In this document: one piece after another, positions 40,025 to 50,820 of the stretch | How positions within the stretch are numbered: the stretch's first letter is position 1 | Layout of the letters: each line of letters opens with the position of its first letter | Source: an uncultured Candidatus Rokubacteria bacterium | Lineage (GTDB): Bacteria > Methylomirabilota > Methylomirabilia > Rokubacteriales > CSP1-6 | DNA: 64,000 nucleotides | Assembly (NCBI GenBank): GCA_963762145.1 | Contig: CAVXJS010000021.1 | Coordinates: 288,001 to 352,000 of the forward strand | Reading direction: 5' to 3' | Notes under the pieces: generated by a model | Database searches by the model: none | What the model was told of the DNA's origin: nothing | What the model saw: only the letters and a program-made list of their open reading frames with translations | Program-made: the position numbers and the translations under genes

Positions 40025-40408
40025 TTATTTGACTTCCACCGTCGCGCCGACCTCCTCGAGCTTCTTCTTCATGTCCGCCGCTTCCGCCTTGCTCACCTTC
40101 TCCTTCACCGCCTTGGGCGCTCCATCCACCAGGTCCTTGGCTTCCTTCAGCCCGAGACCGGTCAGCTCGCGCACGACCTTGATGACCTGGATCTTCTTCT
40201 CGCCCGCCGCGTTGAGCATCAGATCGAACTCGGTCTTCTCCTCGGCCGCCGCACCCGCCGCCGCGCCGCCCGCCGCCGGAGCGGCCACCGCCACCGCCGC
40301 CGCCGCCGACACGCCCCACTTCTCCTGCAGCAGCTTCGAAAGCTGGGCCGCCTCCAACAGCGTCAGCGTGTCCAGCTTCTCCGCGATCTCGTCGATATTC
40401 GCCGCCAT
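40025..40408 (-). CDS. rplL: 50S ribosomal protein L7/L12
   Basis: [27 protein letters not shown]. Confidence 0.97.
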   Translation of the reverse strand: MAANIDEIAEKLDTLTLLEAAQLSKLLQEKWGVSAAAAVAVAAPAAGGAAAGAAAEEKTEFDLMLNAAGEKKIQVIKVVRELTGLGLKEAKDLVDGAPKAVKEKVSKAEAADMKKKLEEVGATVEVK

Positions 40409-40460
40409 CTCGCCTGCCTCCTGTGAATGCTACGTCGTGGTTGACTACGACCCGGTCGGC

Positions 40461-40979
40461 CTACTGAGCGGCGCTCTGGCTCCGCGCCTCGAGAACCCGG
40501 ACCAGCTCCCGCTGGGGAGCGGTCAGCAGCGATACCAATTGCGACGCCGGCCCCTGCAGCGCCCCCACCAGCTGGCTCCGCAGCGCTTCCTTCGACGGGA
40601 GGTCGGCCAGCGCCTTCAACTCCGCGGGCTGGACCAGCTTGCCCTCGACGAAGCCCACCTTGATGGTGAGGAGCGGGTTCGCCCGCACGAAGTTCTGGAG
40701 CGCCTTTGCCACCGGCACCGGATCCTTCGTGGTGAACACGAGCCCGGTGGGGCCCTTGAAGTGGCTGTCCAGGGGCCCCAGGTCCGTATCCTTCACGGCC
40801 AGCCGCGCCAGCCGGTTCTTCACCACCTTGTATTCGGCCGCCGCCGCCTTGAGCTGCTTGCGCAGGTCGGCGAGCTGGCGGACGGTGAGGCCGCGGTACT
40901 CGGTGAGGACCGCGGTCTTGGCGGTCCCCAGACGCTCCCGCAGGGCCGCGACGCTTTGCGCCTTCTCTTGAGTGGGCAC
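40461..40979 (-). CDS. rplJ: 50S ribosomal protein L10
   Basis: EYRGLTV, VVKNRLA, LADLPS. Confidence 0.96.
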   Translation of the reverse strand: MPTQEKAQSVAALRERLGTAKTAVLTEYRGLTVRQLADLRKQLKAAAAEYKVVKNRLARLAVKDTDLGPLDSHFKGPTGLVFTTKDPVPVAKALQNFVRANPLLTIKVGFVEGKLVQPAELKALADLPSKEALRSQLVGALQGPASQLVSLLTAPQRELVRVLEARSQSAAQ

Positions 40980-40989
40980 TCGCGGCTCC

Positions 40990-41703
40990 CTATAGCGCCT
41001 TCTTGAACAGGTTCGCCACCCGCTGCGGATCGAGGTGGATCCCCGGCCCCATGGTGGACGACAGCGTGACCGAGCGCAGGTACTGGCCCTTGGCCGCGGC
41101 GGGCTTGGCCCGCACGATGGCCTCGAGCAGCGCCAGCGCGTTCGCGATCAGGTGGGGCTCCTGGAACGACTTCTTCCCGACCGGCACGTGCACGTTGCCC
41201 GCCTTGTCCACGCGGAACTCGACCTTGCCCGCCTTCACCTCGCGCACCGCCCGCGCCACGTCGAAGGTCACGGTGCCGAGCTTCGGGTTCGGCATGAGGC
41301 CGCGCGGCCCCAGCACCTTGCCGAGCCGGCCCACCTGGCCCATGAGATCGGGGGTGGCGATCGTCGAGTCGAAGTCCATGAAGCCGCCCTGGATCTTCTC
41401 GACCAGGTCCTCGGCGCCGACCACGTCGGCCCCCGCATCCCGCGCCTCCCGATCCTTCTCGCCCTTGGCGAAGACCGCGACCCGCACCGCCTTGCCGATG
41501 CCGTGGGGCAGCACGATCGCGCCCCGCACCATCTGGTCGGCGTGCTTGGGATCGACCCCGAGCCGGAGGGACATGTCCACCGACTCGTCGAACTTGGCGT
41601 TGGGCAGCTTCTTGAGGATGCCGAACGCCTCCTCGACCGAGTAGTCCTTCTCCCGGTCGAAGATCGACTCGGCCGCCTTCAGCTTCTTGCTCGTCGCTGG
41701 CAT
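40990..41703 (-). CDS. rplA: 50S ribosomal protein L1
   Basis: [23 protein letters not shown]. Confidence 0.97.
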   Translation of the reverse strand: MPATSKKLKAAESIFDREKDYSVEEAFGILKKLPNAKFDESVDMSLRLGVDPKHADQMVRGAIVLPHGIGKAVRVAVFAKGEKDREARDAGADVVGAEDLVEKIQGGFMDFDSTIATPDLMGQVGRLGKVLGPRGLMPNPKLGTVTFDVARAVREVKAGKVEFRVDKAGNVHVPVGKKSFQEPHLIANALALLEAIVRAKPAAAKGQYLRSVTLSSTMGPGIHLDPQRVANLFKKAL

Positions 41704-41751
41704 CTTGGGCTCCCGTGTCCTGCTTCGTCCTGCCGTTCGTTCTGCCGGCTG

Positions 41752-41850
41752 CCGATCCGCTGATAACCGTTTACTTCTTCAAGCTCTTCAGCTGCGGGGG
41801 CCCCGAAATGGCCCCCGCACTCCCCCCGGCCGCGGACGACCGTTCGCGGC
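41752..41850 (-). repeat. ~100-nt hairpin-containing intergenic repeat, copy B (rplK-rplA)
   Basis: 34-nt core matches 11751-11784 at 33/34 positions; both flanks also align. Confidence 0.8.
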
Positions 41851-41869
41851 TTTGCTTTCGTGCCCTGCC

Positions 41870-42292
41870 CTAGACGACTTCGATCCCCATGCTGCGGGCG
41901 GTGCCTTCGATGGTGCGCATCGCGGACTCAATGGAGTCCGTGTTCAGGTCCACCAGCTTGGTCTGGGCGATCTCGCGCACCTGGGCGCGCGTCACCTTGC
42001 CGATCTTGTCCTTGTGAGGGATCGCGGAGGCCTTCGCGATGCCCGCCGCGCGCTTGAGCAGCACCGGCGCCGGCGGCGTCTTGACCACGAAGGTGAACGA
42101 GCGGTCCTGGTAGATCGTGACCACCACCGGCAGGATGAGGCCTTCCTGGGAGCTCGTCTGGGCGTTGAAGCCCTTGCAGAACTCCATGATGTTGACGCCG
42201 TGCTGGCCGAGGGCGGGACCCACCGGGGGCGACGGGTTGGCCTTGCCGGCCGTGATCTGCAGCTTCACCATCGCCTGGACTTTCTTCGCCAT
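41870..42292 (-). CDS. rplK: 50S ribosomal protein L11
   Basis: [22 protein letters not shown]. Confidence 0.97.
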   Translation of the reverse strand: MAKKVQAMVKLQITAGKANPSPPVGPALGQHGVNIMEFCKGFNAQTSSQEGLILPVVVTIYQDRSFTFVVKTPPAPVLLKRAAGIAKASAIPHKDKIGKVTRAQVREIAQTKLVDLNTDSIESAMRTIEGTARSMGIEVV

Positions 42293-42293
42293 G

Positions 42294-42842
42294 CTAGAGC
42301 CTCTCCACCTGGTAGTACTCGAGCTCGACGGGGGTGAGCCGCCCGAAGATGGCCACCATGACCTTGAGCTTGCCGCGCTCCGGATTCAAGTCGTCGATCG
42401 CGCCCTGGAAGTTCACGAACGGCCCCTCGATGACCCGCACCTTGTCCCCCTTCTGGAAGGTGGACTTGAGCTTGGGCTTCTCGGCGCCCTCCTCCATCTG
42501 CCGCAGGATGCCCTCGACCTCCTCCGGAGGCAGGGCCACCGGCTTGCTGCCCGATCCGACGAATCCGGTGACCTTGGGAGTGGAGCGGACGAGATGCCAG
42601 GTGTCGTCCGTGAGCTCCATCTCCACCAGGAGGTAGCCCGGGAAGAACTTCTGCTCGGTCTCGATCTTCTTGCTCTTGCGGATCTCCCGCACCTTCTCGG
42701 TCGGCACGATCACGCGCCCGATCATGTCCTGCAGCCCGAAGATCTTGGCGCGAGACTCGATGCCGGACGCCACCTTGTTCTCGAACCCCGAGTAGGTGTG
42801 GACGACGAACCACTGCTTCGCGGTGGTACCCGTCTCGCTCAT
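42294..42842 (-). CDS. nusG: Transcription termination/antitermination factor NusG
   Basis: [25 protein letters not shown]. Confidence 0.97.
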   Translation of the reverse strand: MSETGTTAKQWFVVHTYSGFENKVASGIESRAKIFGLQDMIGRVIVPTEKVREIRKSKKIETEQKFFPGYLLVEMELTDDTWHLVRSTPKVTGFVGSGSKPVALPPEEVEGILRQMEEGAEKPKLKSTFQKGDKVRVIEGPFVNFQGAIDDLNPERGKLKVMVAIFGRLTPVELEYYQVERL

Positions 42843-43030
42843 TTCAGAATGACCTCCACCAGGCGCGACAGGCCCACGTCGACCGCGCCCAGATACATCG
42901 CGAGGACGAACACCACGACCAGCACCACCATCGTGGACGCCGCCACGTCGTTACGACTGGGCCAATTCACTCGCCGAAATTCCGCCGCCACTTCCTGGAA
43001 AAACTCCTTCACCCGCTTCAAGAAATCCAT
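42839..43030 (-). CDS. secE: Preprotein translocase SecE
   Basis: EFRRVNWPSR followed by a single TM helix; position before nusG. Confidence 0.93.
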   Translation of the reverse strand: MDFLKRVKEFFQEVAAEFRRVNWPSRNDVAASTMVVLVVVFVLAMYLGAVDVGLSRLVEVILK

Positions 43031-43050
43031 TCGCTCACGATCTCGCAGTC

Positions 43051-43127
43051 TGGCAGGCGTGGAGGGATTCGAACCCCCATCCCCCGGATTTGGAGTCCGG
43101 TGCTCTAGCCGTTAGAGCTACACGCCT
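43051..43127 (-). tRNA. tRNA-Trp(CCA)
   Basis: AGGCGTG acceptor stem, anticodon arm CCGGA-CTCCAAA-TCCGG, GGTTCGAATCC, 3' CCA. Confidence 0.95.
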
Positions 43128-43139
43128 CCGAACCGTCCG

Positions 43140-43289
43140 CTACTTCGATTCCTTGTGCACGAAGTGCTTCCGGCACCACTTGCAAAACTTCTTGATCTCC
43201 ATCCGGTCGGGATGCGTCCGCCGGTTCTTGGTCGTCGAATAGTTGCGTCGCTGGCAGTTGGTGCACGCGAGGGAGATGATGTCGCGCAT
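43140..43289 (-). CDS. rpmG: 50S ribosomal protein L33, zinc type (not in the ORF track)
   Basis: Manual translation MRDIISLACTNCQRRNYSTTKNRRTHPDRMEIKKFCKWCRKHFVHKESK. Confidence 0.96.
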   Translation of the reverse strand: MRDIISLACTNCQRRNYSTTKNRRTHPDRMEIKKFCKWCRKHFVHKESK

Positions 43290-43292
43290 GAC

Positions 43293-44489
<1,197 letters not shown>

Positions 44490-44527
44490 CCGGGGGACCT
44501 CCTCGTAACCTTACCGGTCGCGGTTGA

Positions 44528-44603
44528 TGGAGCCCATGTCCGGGATTGAACCGGAGACCTCGTCCTTACCAAGGACGCGCTCTGCCGACTGAGCTACATG
44601 GGC
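44528..44603 (-). tRNA. tRNA-Thr(GGT)
   Basis: GCCCATG acceptor, GTCC-TTGGTAA-GGAC anticodon arm, GGTTCAATCCC, CCA. Confidence 0.95.
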
Positions 44604-44665
44604 CTGAACGCTACATGGGGCCTGAATGCCGAGCCTCGTCCTGTGCGCGATCCCAGGGACACGGG

Positions 44666-44740
44666 TGGAGCGGGAAACGGGATTCGAACCCGCGACCCCC
44701 AGCTTGGAAGGCTGGCGCTCTACCGCTGAGCTATTCCCGC
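44666..44740 (-). tRNA. tRNA-Gly(TCC)
   Basis: GCGGGAA acceptor, CCAGC-CTTCCAA-GCTGG, GGTTCGAATCC, CCA. Confidence 0.95.
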
Positions 44741-44785
44741 CCGTGGTCCTGCCGCGCTCGATATCAGTCACAATTGCAAAAGTGG

Positions 44786-44871
44786 TGGTGGGGAGAGGAG
44801 GATTTGAACCTCCGAAGGCGTTCGCCAGCAGATTTACAGTCTGCCCCCTTTGGCCACTTGGGTATCTCCCC
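44786..44871 (-). tRNA. tRNA-Tyr(GTA)
   Basis: GGGGAGA acceptor, GCAGA-CTGTAAA-TCTGC, long variable arm, CCA. Confidence 0.95.
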
Positions 44872-44905
44872 GGTTACACGCCTGATCGTAACCCCTTGAT
44901 AGTAC

Positions 44906-44981
44906 TGGCGCTGGCGGGAGGATTCGAACCCCCGACCCACTGCTTACAAGGCAGTTGCTCTACCACCTGAGCTACGCCAGC
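44906..44981 (-). tRNA. tRNA-Thr(TGT)
   Basis: GCTGGCG acceptor, ACTGC-CTTGTAA-GCAGT, GGTTCGAATCC, CCA. Confidence 0.95.
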
Positions 44982-44995
44982 AGTCGCAAACCCTC

Positions 44996-45024
44996 ACTTT
45001 AGGTTTGGGGCCCCATCAAGTCAA
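44996..45024 (-). promoter_or_regulatory. Sigma70 promoter of the Thr-Tyr-Gly-Thr-tuf operon
   Basis: TTGACT-17 nt-TAAAGT ending 14 nt before tRNA-Thr(TGT); overlaps the end of rlmB. Confidence 0.6.
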
Positions 45025-45821
45025 GGGTTTTCTGTCAAGTCCTTTGTTGCCGCTCCGCTGGCGGAGAACCTCGTAACACAGGACGGCCGCCGCGGCCGAA
45101 ACGTTCAGCGATTCGAGCCGACCGCGCATCGGGAGACTCGCCACGAAGTCGCAGCTCTTGGCCACGAGCGGCCGGAGGCCCTCCCCTCCCCGCCCAGGAC
45201 CAGGCAGATCGGACCGGTCAAGTCCAGCTCCCACGGGAGCTTCCCGCCCGTCGGGACCGCTCCCACCGTCCACACGCCTTCTTTCTTGAGTACTTCCAGC
45301 GCATTGACCAGGTTCGTTTCACGGGCGACCGGAATCAGCTCGGCGGCTCCCATTGCGGACTTCGCCGCCGCTCCCGTCAGGCCCGCGGCGTGATGCTTGG
45401 GCACGATGACCCCGTGGGCTCCGGTGGCCTCCGCGGTGCGGAGCACCGCCCCGAGGTTCCGGGGATCCTGCACCTGGTCCAGGGCCAGGAAGAACGCTGG
45501 CTGCCCGCGCTCCCCCGGGATCTCGAGCAGATCGGCGAGCGCCGCGTAGCTGGCGCCCGCGACCCGAGCCACCACCCCCTGGTGGTGGACGTCGCCCGCC
45601 ATCGCGGTGAGCTGGTCGCGGGTGCGGTAGGAGATCTTCACGCCCTGCCGCTTGGCGAGCCCGAGCAGCTCGTGCAGGGCGGGGCCGCGGCCCTCCGAGA
45701 TGATCGCGATCTCCTCCACCCGCCGGCTCCCCGAACGCAGCAGCTCGAGCACCGGGTTGCGGCCGAAGAGCGGCGGGCTGTCGTCCGGGGGGCTCTGCCG
45801 GGGAGGCATGTCGCGCGTCAC
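45016..45821 (-). CDS. rlmB: 23S rRNA Gm2251 methyltransferase (TrmH/SPOUT family), one frameshift at ~45185
   Basis: GRNPVLELL, HQGVVA, DPRNLGA, LVLGGEG then in the other frame GLRPLV...ESLNVS; the break lies in a G-run. Confidence 0.88.
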
Positions 45822-47250
45822 GACGTGAGCTTCCAGGTCGTCCCGTCCCGGGTGTCCTCGATGGTCACGCCCAGACGGCCCAGCTCATCCCGGAGCCGGT
45901 CCGCCTCCGCGAAGTCGCGCTGCCGCCGCGCCTCCTGCCGCAGGTACACGATCGACTCGATCCGCGCCTTGAGCTGCGGGTCGACGGCGGCCTCCTTGCG
46001 CACGCCCTCGAGGAGCCCCAGCACTCGCGCCAGCGACCACCAGCTCGCCCACCCCCAGCAGGAACGCGCCCGCCCCGATGGCGCCCTGCGCGACCTGCTC
46101 CCGCGCCCCGTGCAGCACCCGGGCGAGGTCGAAGAGCACGCCCAGCGCCTGCGGGGCGTTGAAGTCGTCGTCCATCGCCGCCTCGAAGCGCGCGCGGTGC
46201 GCTGCCACGTCCTCGAGCAGGCCGCCGTCGGGGCCGGGCGCGGGAGTGCCCCGGCCGGCCATGCGCTCCGCCTCCGTCACGAGCGCGCGCAGCCGGGCCA
46301 GCGCCTCGCGCCGACTCGGCGATGCGCTCCTCGGCGAAGTCGAGCGGGTGGCGGTAGTGCGCGCCGAGCAGGTAGAGGCGCATGGCGTCGGGCTCGTGGC
46401 GCTTGACCAGCTCGCGGATCGTCAGCGTATTGCCCAGCGACTTCGACATCTTCTCGGTGCCGAGGTTGAGCAGCCCATTGTGCATCCAGCACCGCACGAA
46501 GGGCTTGCCGGTCGCGCCCTCCGCCTGGGCGATCTCGCACTCGTGGTGCGGGAAGATCAGGTCCTCGCCGCCCCCGTGCAGGTCGAACGTCTCGCCCAGG
46601 TACTGGATGGCCATGGCCGAGCACTCGATGTGCCAGCCGGGCCGACCCGGTCCCCACGGGCTCGGCCACGACGGCTCGCCGGGCTTGGCGCCCTTCCAGA
46701 GGGCGAAGTCCCGCGGGTCGCGCTTGCGCTCGTCGATCTCGACGCGGGCGCCCGAGACCAGCTCGTCGAGATTCTTGCCCGACAGCCGCCCATAGGCGGG
46801 AAACCGGCGCGACCTCGAAGTAGACGTCGCCGTCGACGGGATAGGCGAGGCCCTTGGCGACCAGGCGCTCGATGAGCGCGACCATCTGCGGGATGTGATC
46901 GGTCGCCTTCGAGTACACGTCGGGGGCGAGGACGCCGATGCGCGGCCATGTCCTCGCGCTCCGCGGCCACGTAGCGCTCGGAGATCTCCTGGCGCCGTCA
47001 CGCCCTCGCGCTGGGCGCGCTGGATGATCTTGTCGTCGACGTCGGTGAAGTTCCGGACGAACTTCACCTGGTAGCCGCGGAAGAGCAGGTAGCGGCGGAT
47101 CATGTCGAAGGCGAGAGCGCTGCGCGCGTGGCCCACGTGGGAGTAGTCGTACACCGTGACGCCGCAGACGTAGATCCCGACGCGTCCCGGCGTGAGGGGA
47201 ACGAACTCCTCCTTCTTGCGCGTCAGCGTGTTGTAGATCCGCAGGGCCAC
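45818..47250 (-). CDS. cysS: Cysteinyl-tRNA synthetase with about 5 apparent single-base insertions
   Basis: YVCGVTVYD, HVGH, DFALWK, GRPGWHIECS, FPHHECE, KMSKS, spread over several frames. Confidence 0.9.
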
Positions 47251-47266
47251 CCCCGCCTCCTTTCGC

Positions 47267-47749
47267 TCAGGGCACTTCGACCGCGACCACCGCCATCGAC
47301 GCGATGCCCTCCTCGCGGCCGAGGAGGCCAAGGTGCTCCGGGCTCTTGGCCTTCACGCTGATCCGGTCCGGTCCGAGGCCCATGGTCGAGGCGAGCTGCT
47401 TGGCCATCTCGGGCAGGAAGGCGGCCAGGCGCGGCGCCTGGCAGATCACCGTGACATCGACATTGACCACGCGAGCTCCCTTGGCGGCGATCAGGTCCAT
47501 CACCGACTGCAGCAGACCCAGACTCGAGGCTCCTTTGTAGCGCGGATCGGTGTCCGGGAACAGCCGTCCGAGGTCCCCCAGCGCCAGCGAGCCGAGCAGC
47601 GCCTCGCAGACCGCGTGCGTGAGCACGTCGGCGTCGGAATGCCCGCCCAGACCGCGCGCGGCGGGCACCGTCACGCCTCCCAGCACCAGCGGCCTCCCCT
47701 CGACCAGGGGATGCAGGTCGAAGCCCAGCCCGGATCGGGTCTCCGTCAT
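47267..47749 (-). CDS. ispF: 2-C-methyl-D-erythritol 2,4-cyclodiphosphate synthase
   Basis: GFDLH, GHSDADV, GDLGRLFP, GREEGI. Confidence 0.95.
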   Translation of the reverse strand: MTETRSGLGFDLHPLVEGRPLVLGGVTVPAARGLGGHSDADVLTHAVCEALLGSLALGDLGRLFPDTDPRYKGASSLGLLQSVMDLIAAKGARVVNVDVTVICQAPRLAAFLPEMAKQLASTMGLGPDRISVKAKSPEHLGLLGREEGIASMAVVAVEVP

Positions 47750-48435
47750 GCCCGGCGGCGGGGCGCGACCCAGGCTCGGGCCGTCTGGAGATCCTCCGGT
47801 GTCGTGATCTTGAGGTTCTGCCCGAGCCCCGCCACCATGGCCACGGTCACACCCATCCGCTCCACGAGCACCGCGTCGTCCGTCCCCGCGAAGCCGTCCC
47901 GTCGCGCCTTGTCGTGGGCCTCCCAGAGTAGCGCGCGTGTAAAGGCCTGCGGGGTCTGGGTGAGCCAGAGTCCCTGCCGTGGAATGGTGGCCTCGATCTC
48001 GCCGCGGTCACCCACCCGCTTCACGGTCTCCCGCACCGGAATCCCGCAGGTGGCCGCGCCGCCCGACGCCGCGGCGGCCAGCACCCGCGCCACCAGCGCC
48101 GCGTCGATGAAGGGGCGAACCGCGTCGTGCACCAGCACGTGCTCGGCGAGGTCGGGTACCCGCTGGAGCGCCCGCCACACCGACTCCTGCCGGTCGGCGC
48201 CGCCGGCCACCACGTCGAGGATCCGGGGCACGCGCAGCCGCGCCAGGACCCGGCGCGTCTCCGTCACGTGCGCCTCCGGCACCGCCACCACGATGCCCGC
48301 GATGCCCCGCGCCCGGGCCAACGCCCTCAGGGTCGCGACGAGGATCGGCACGCGACCCAGACGGAGATATTGCTTGGGCCGGCGGGAGCCCATGCGCGTG
48401 CCCAGGCCTCCCGCCGGCACGATGGCGTAGGTCAC
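47746..48435 (-). CDS. ispD: 2-C-methyl-D-erythritol 4-phosphate cytidylyltransferase
   Basis: PAGGLGTRMG, KQYL, LVHDAVRP, QTPQAF, KITTPED; GTG start at 48435. Confidence 0.95.
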   Translation of the reverse strand: MTYAIVPAGGLGTRMGSRRPKQYLRLGRVPILVATLRALARARGIAGIVVAVPEAHVTETRRVLARLRVPRILDVVAGGADRQESVWRALQRVPDLAEHVLVHDAVRPFIDAALVARVLAAAASGGAATCGIPVRETVKRVGDRGEIEATIPRQGLWLTQTPQAFTRALLWEAHDKARRDGFAGTDDAVLVERMGVTVAMVAGLGQNLKITTPEDLQTARAWVAPRRRA

Positions 48436-49445
48436 CGCGGCGCGCTCTCCTCGTCCCGCTGCCGGGCAAAGATCATGCGACCGGCCGCGGTCTGGTAGAT
48501 CGTGGTCACGGTCACGTCCACCGTCTGGCCGATCAGGCGCTTGCCGTGCTCCACCACCACCATGGTGCCGTCGTCGAGATACGCGACGCCCTGGTTCGCT
48601 TCCTTGCCTTCCTTCACGATGTGGACGTGCAGCGGCTCGCCGGGCAGCACCACCGGCTTGAGCGCGTTGGCGAGCTCGTTGATGTTGAGCACCGCGACGC
48701 CCGAGAGCTCCGCCACCCGGTTCAGGTTGTAGTCGTTGGTGACGATCTTGCCACCGGTGGCCCGCGCCAGCTCGATCAGCTTGCGATCCACCTCCCGCAC
48801 CTGCGGGAAGTCCACCTCGTCGATGCGCACGCTGACCCGCGGGACGCGCTGCAGCCGCTGGAGCACGTCGAAGCCCCGCTTGCCGCGGTTGCGGCGGAGC
48901 GCGTCGGCCGAGTCCGCGATCTGCTGCAGCTCGCGCAGCACGAACTGGGGCACCAGGAGGGTGCCGGCCAGGAACCCGGTCTGGCAGACGTCCACGATGC
49001 GCCCGTCGATGATGACCGAGGTGTCCAGGATCTTGTCGCCCTCCTGGCGCCCCACCGCGGTCTTGGGGAAGAGCTTGACCGACATGTCTTCCAGGTCGTC
49101 GCGCTTGGCCAGCGTCACCATCGCGCCCAGGTAGCCCAGCAGCAGCGCGAAGAGCCCGCGCCCGAGCGCGCCAGCTCCCGGCACGACCGCCTCGACCGCG
49201 GTGCCCAGCCCCAGGCCGAGCACCACGCCCAGCATGGCGCCGGTGGCGCCCCAGAAGAGCCGGTCCACCGGGATGCGCCGGGCCTGCCACTCCAGCAGGA
49301 CGACGAGCACGCCGGCCAGCAGGCCGGCGCCGCCGAGGAACAGGTTGTAGGGCTGGTGCAGGTTGAGGGCGTGGGCCAGCGCGAAGCCGGCCGCGGTGGC
49401 CGCCATCAGGACCAGCGTCCGGACGATGAGCAGACCTATCTGCAT
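48432..49445 (-). CDS. Membrane-anchored PIN/TRAM domain protein (YacL-like)
   Basis: 4 TM segments, ILDTSVIIDGRI, TNDYNLN, QGVAYLDDGTMVVVE, QTAAGRMIF. Confidence 0.92.
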   Translation of the reverse strand: MQIGLLIVRTLVLMAATAAGFALAHALNLHQPYNLFLGGAGLLAGVLVVLLEWQARRIPVDRLFWGATGAMLGVVLGLGLGTAVEAVVPGAGALGRGLFALLLGYLGAMVTLAKRDDLEDMSVKLFPKTAVGRQEGDKILDTSVIIDGRIVDVCQTGFLAGTLLVPQFVLRELQQIADSADALRRNRGKRGFDVLQRLQRVPRVSVRIDEVDFPQVREVDRKLIELARATGGKIVTNDYNLNRVAELSGVAVLNINELANALKPVVLPGEPLHVHIVKEGKEANQGVAYLDDGTMVVVEHGKRLIGQTVDVTVTTIYQTAAGRMIFARQRDEESAPR

Positions 49446-49452
49446 CGCTCCC

Positions 49453-50820
49453 TCACGGTCCCAGCAGGACTTTCACGGCCTCGTCCACCGACCCCACGCC
49501 CTGCACGTCCAGGGGATAGCCCCCGCGATCCGTCAGGCTACTCTGGGGCACCACGGCCGCGGTGAAGCCCAGCGTTGCCGCTTCCTTGAGTCGTGTTTCG
49601 AGCCCGGTCACCGCCCGCACCTCTCCGGCCAGCCCGACCTCGCCGACCACCACCAGGTCACCCCGCAGTGGGCGGTCGAGATAGCTCGAGGCCGCCGCGA
49701 GCACCAGTCCCAGGTCGGCGGCGGGCTCGGACACCCGCGCGCCGCCGGCGACGTTGACGAAGGCGTCCTGCGATTGCAGGGGGAACCCCACGCGCTTCTC
49801 CAGCACCGCCAGCAGCAAGCATACGCGATTGTAGTCAGCACCCAGCACAGTACGACGCGGGGTGCCAAAGCCTGCCGGGGTGACCAGGGCCTGGATCTCG
49901 ACCAGGAGGGGGCGGGTCCCCTCCAGGCTGGCCACCACCACCGAGCCGGCGGCGTCCTTGGGGCGCTCGGCCAGGAAGAAGCCGGACGGATTCGGGACCT
50001 CGGCCAGGCCCCGCTCGCCCATCTCGAAGACCCCGATCTCATTGGTGGATCCGAACCGGTTCTTGACCCCCCGCAGCACTCGATACGAGTGGTGCTGCTC
50101 TCCCTCGAAGTACAGCACTGTGTCCACGAGGTGCTCGAGCACCCGGGGCCCGGCGATGGCCCCTTCCTTGGTCACGTGGCCGACCAGGAAGGTGGCGATC
50201 CCCCGCCCCTTGGCCAGGGCCATGAGCCGCGCCCCGCACTCCCGGACCTGGCTCACGCTGCCGGGGGCCGATTCGAGCCCGGGCAGGTACACGGTCTGGA
50301 TGGAGTCCACGATCAAGATCCTCGGCTGGATGGCGGCCACGTGGGCCTCGACCGTCACCAGATCGGTCTCGGCCACGAAGTAGAGCCCCGCGGGCGAGGG
50401 GCCGAGGCGATCGGCCCGCAGCTTCACCTGGCCGGCCGACTCCTCGCCCGAGACGTACAGGACCGGCCCCGCCCGCTCGGCCAGCATCCGGCTGACCTGC
50501 AGCAGGAGGGTGGACTTGCCGATGCCCGGGTCGCCGCCGATCAGGACCAGCGACCCGTTCACCACCCCGCCTCCCAGGACACGGTCCAGCTCCGCCATGC
50601 CGCTCGAGACCCGGTGCCCCCCGTCGCCTACGGAGATCTCGCGGATGGGCTGCGGCCGGCTCGAGGTCACCCCGGCGCGGGCGGGGCCGCGCGCGGGCGC
50701 GACCCGTTCCTCGACCAGCTGCACGTAGGCTCCTCCCCGCGCGCAGTCGGGGCAGGTGCCGGGCTTGGCCGCGGCGAGGCCGCACTCCTGGCAGCGATAC
50801 GTCGTCCGGTCGCGAGCCAT
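49453..50820 (-). CDS. radA: DNA repair protein RadA/Sms
   Basis: CQECG..CPDC zinc finger, GDPGIGKSTLL, KNRFG. Confidence 0.96.
   Translation of the reverse strand: MARDRTTYRCQECGLAAAKPGTCPDCARGGAYVQLVEERVAPARGPARAGVTSSRPQPIREISVGDGGHRVSSGMAELDRVLGGGVVNGSLVLIGGDPGIGKSTLLLQVSRMLAERAGPVLYVSGEESAGQVKLRADRLGPSPAGLYFVAETDLVTVEAHVAAIQPRILIVDSIQTVYLPGLESAPGSVSQVRECGARLMALAKGRGIATFLVGHVTKEGAIAGPRVLEHLVDTVLYFEGEQHHSYRVLRGVKNRFGSTNEIGVFEMGERGLAEVPNPSGFFLAERPKDAAGSVVVASLEGTRPLLVEIQALVTPAGFGTPRRTVLGADYNRVCLLLAVLEKRVGFPLQSQDAFVNVAGGARVSEPAADLGLVLAAASSYLDRPLRGDLVVVGEVGLAGEVRAVTGLETRLKEAATLGFTAAVVPQSSLTDRGGYPLDVQGVGSVDEAVKVLLGP

Noticed and set aside
44783-44788. Genome-encoded CCACCA after tRNA-Tyr as a degradation tag
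   Set aside because: The acceptor stem is perfectly paired, and the extra CCA is probably trailer removed by normal trimming
45818-47250. Programmed frameshifting or phase variation in cysS, rlmB or the MCP
   Set aside because: No slippery heptamers or long SSRs; several scattered indels are better explained by consensus error
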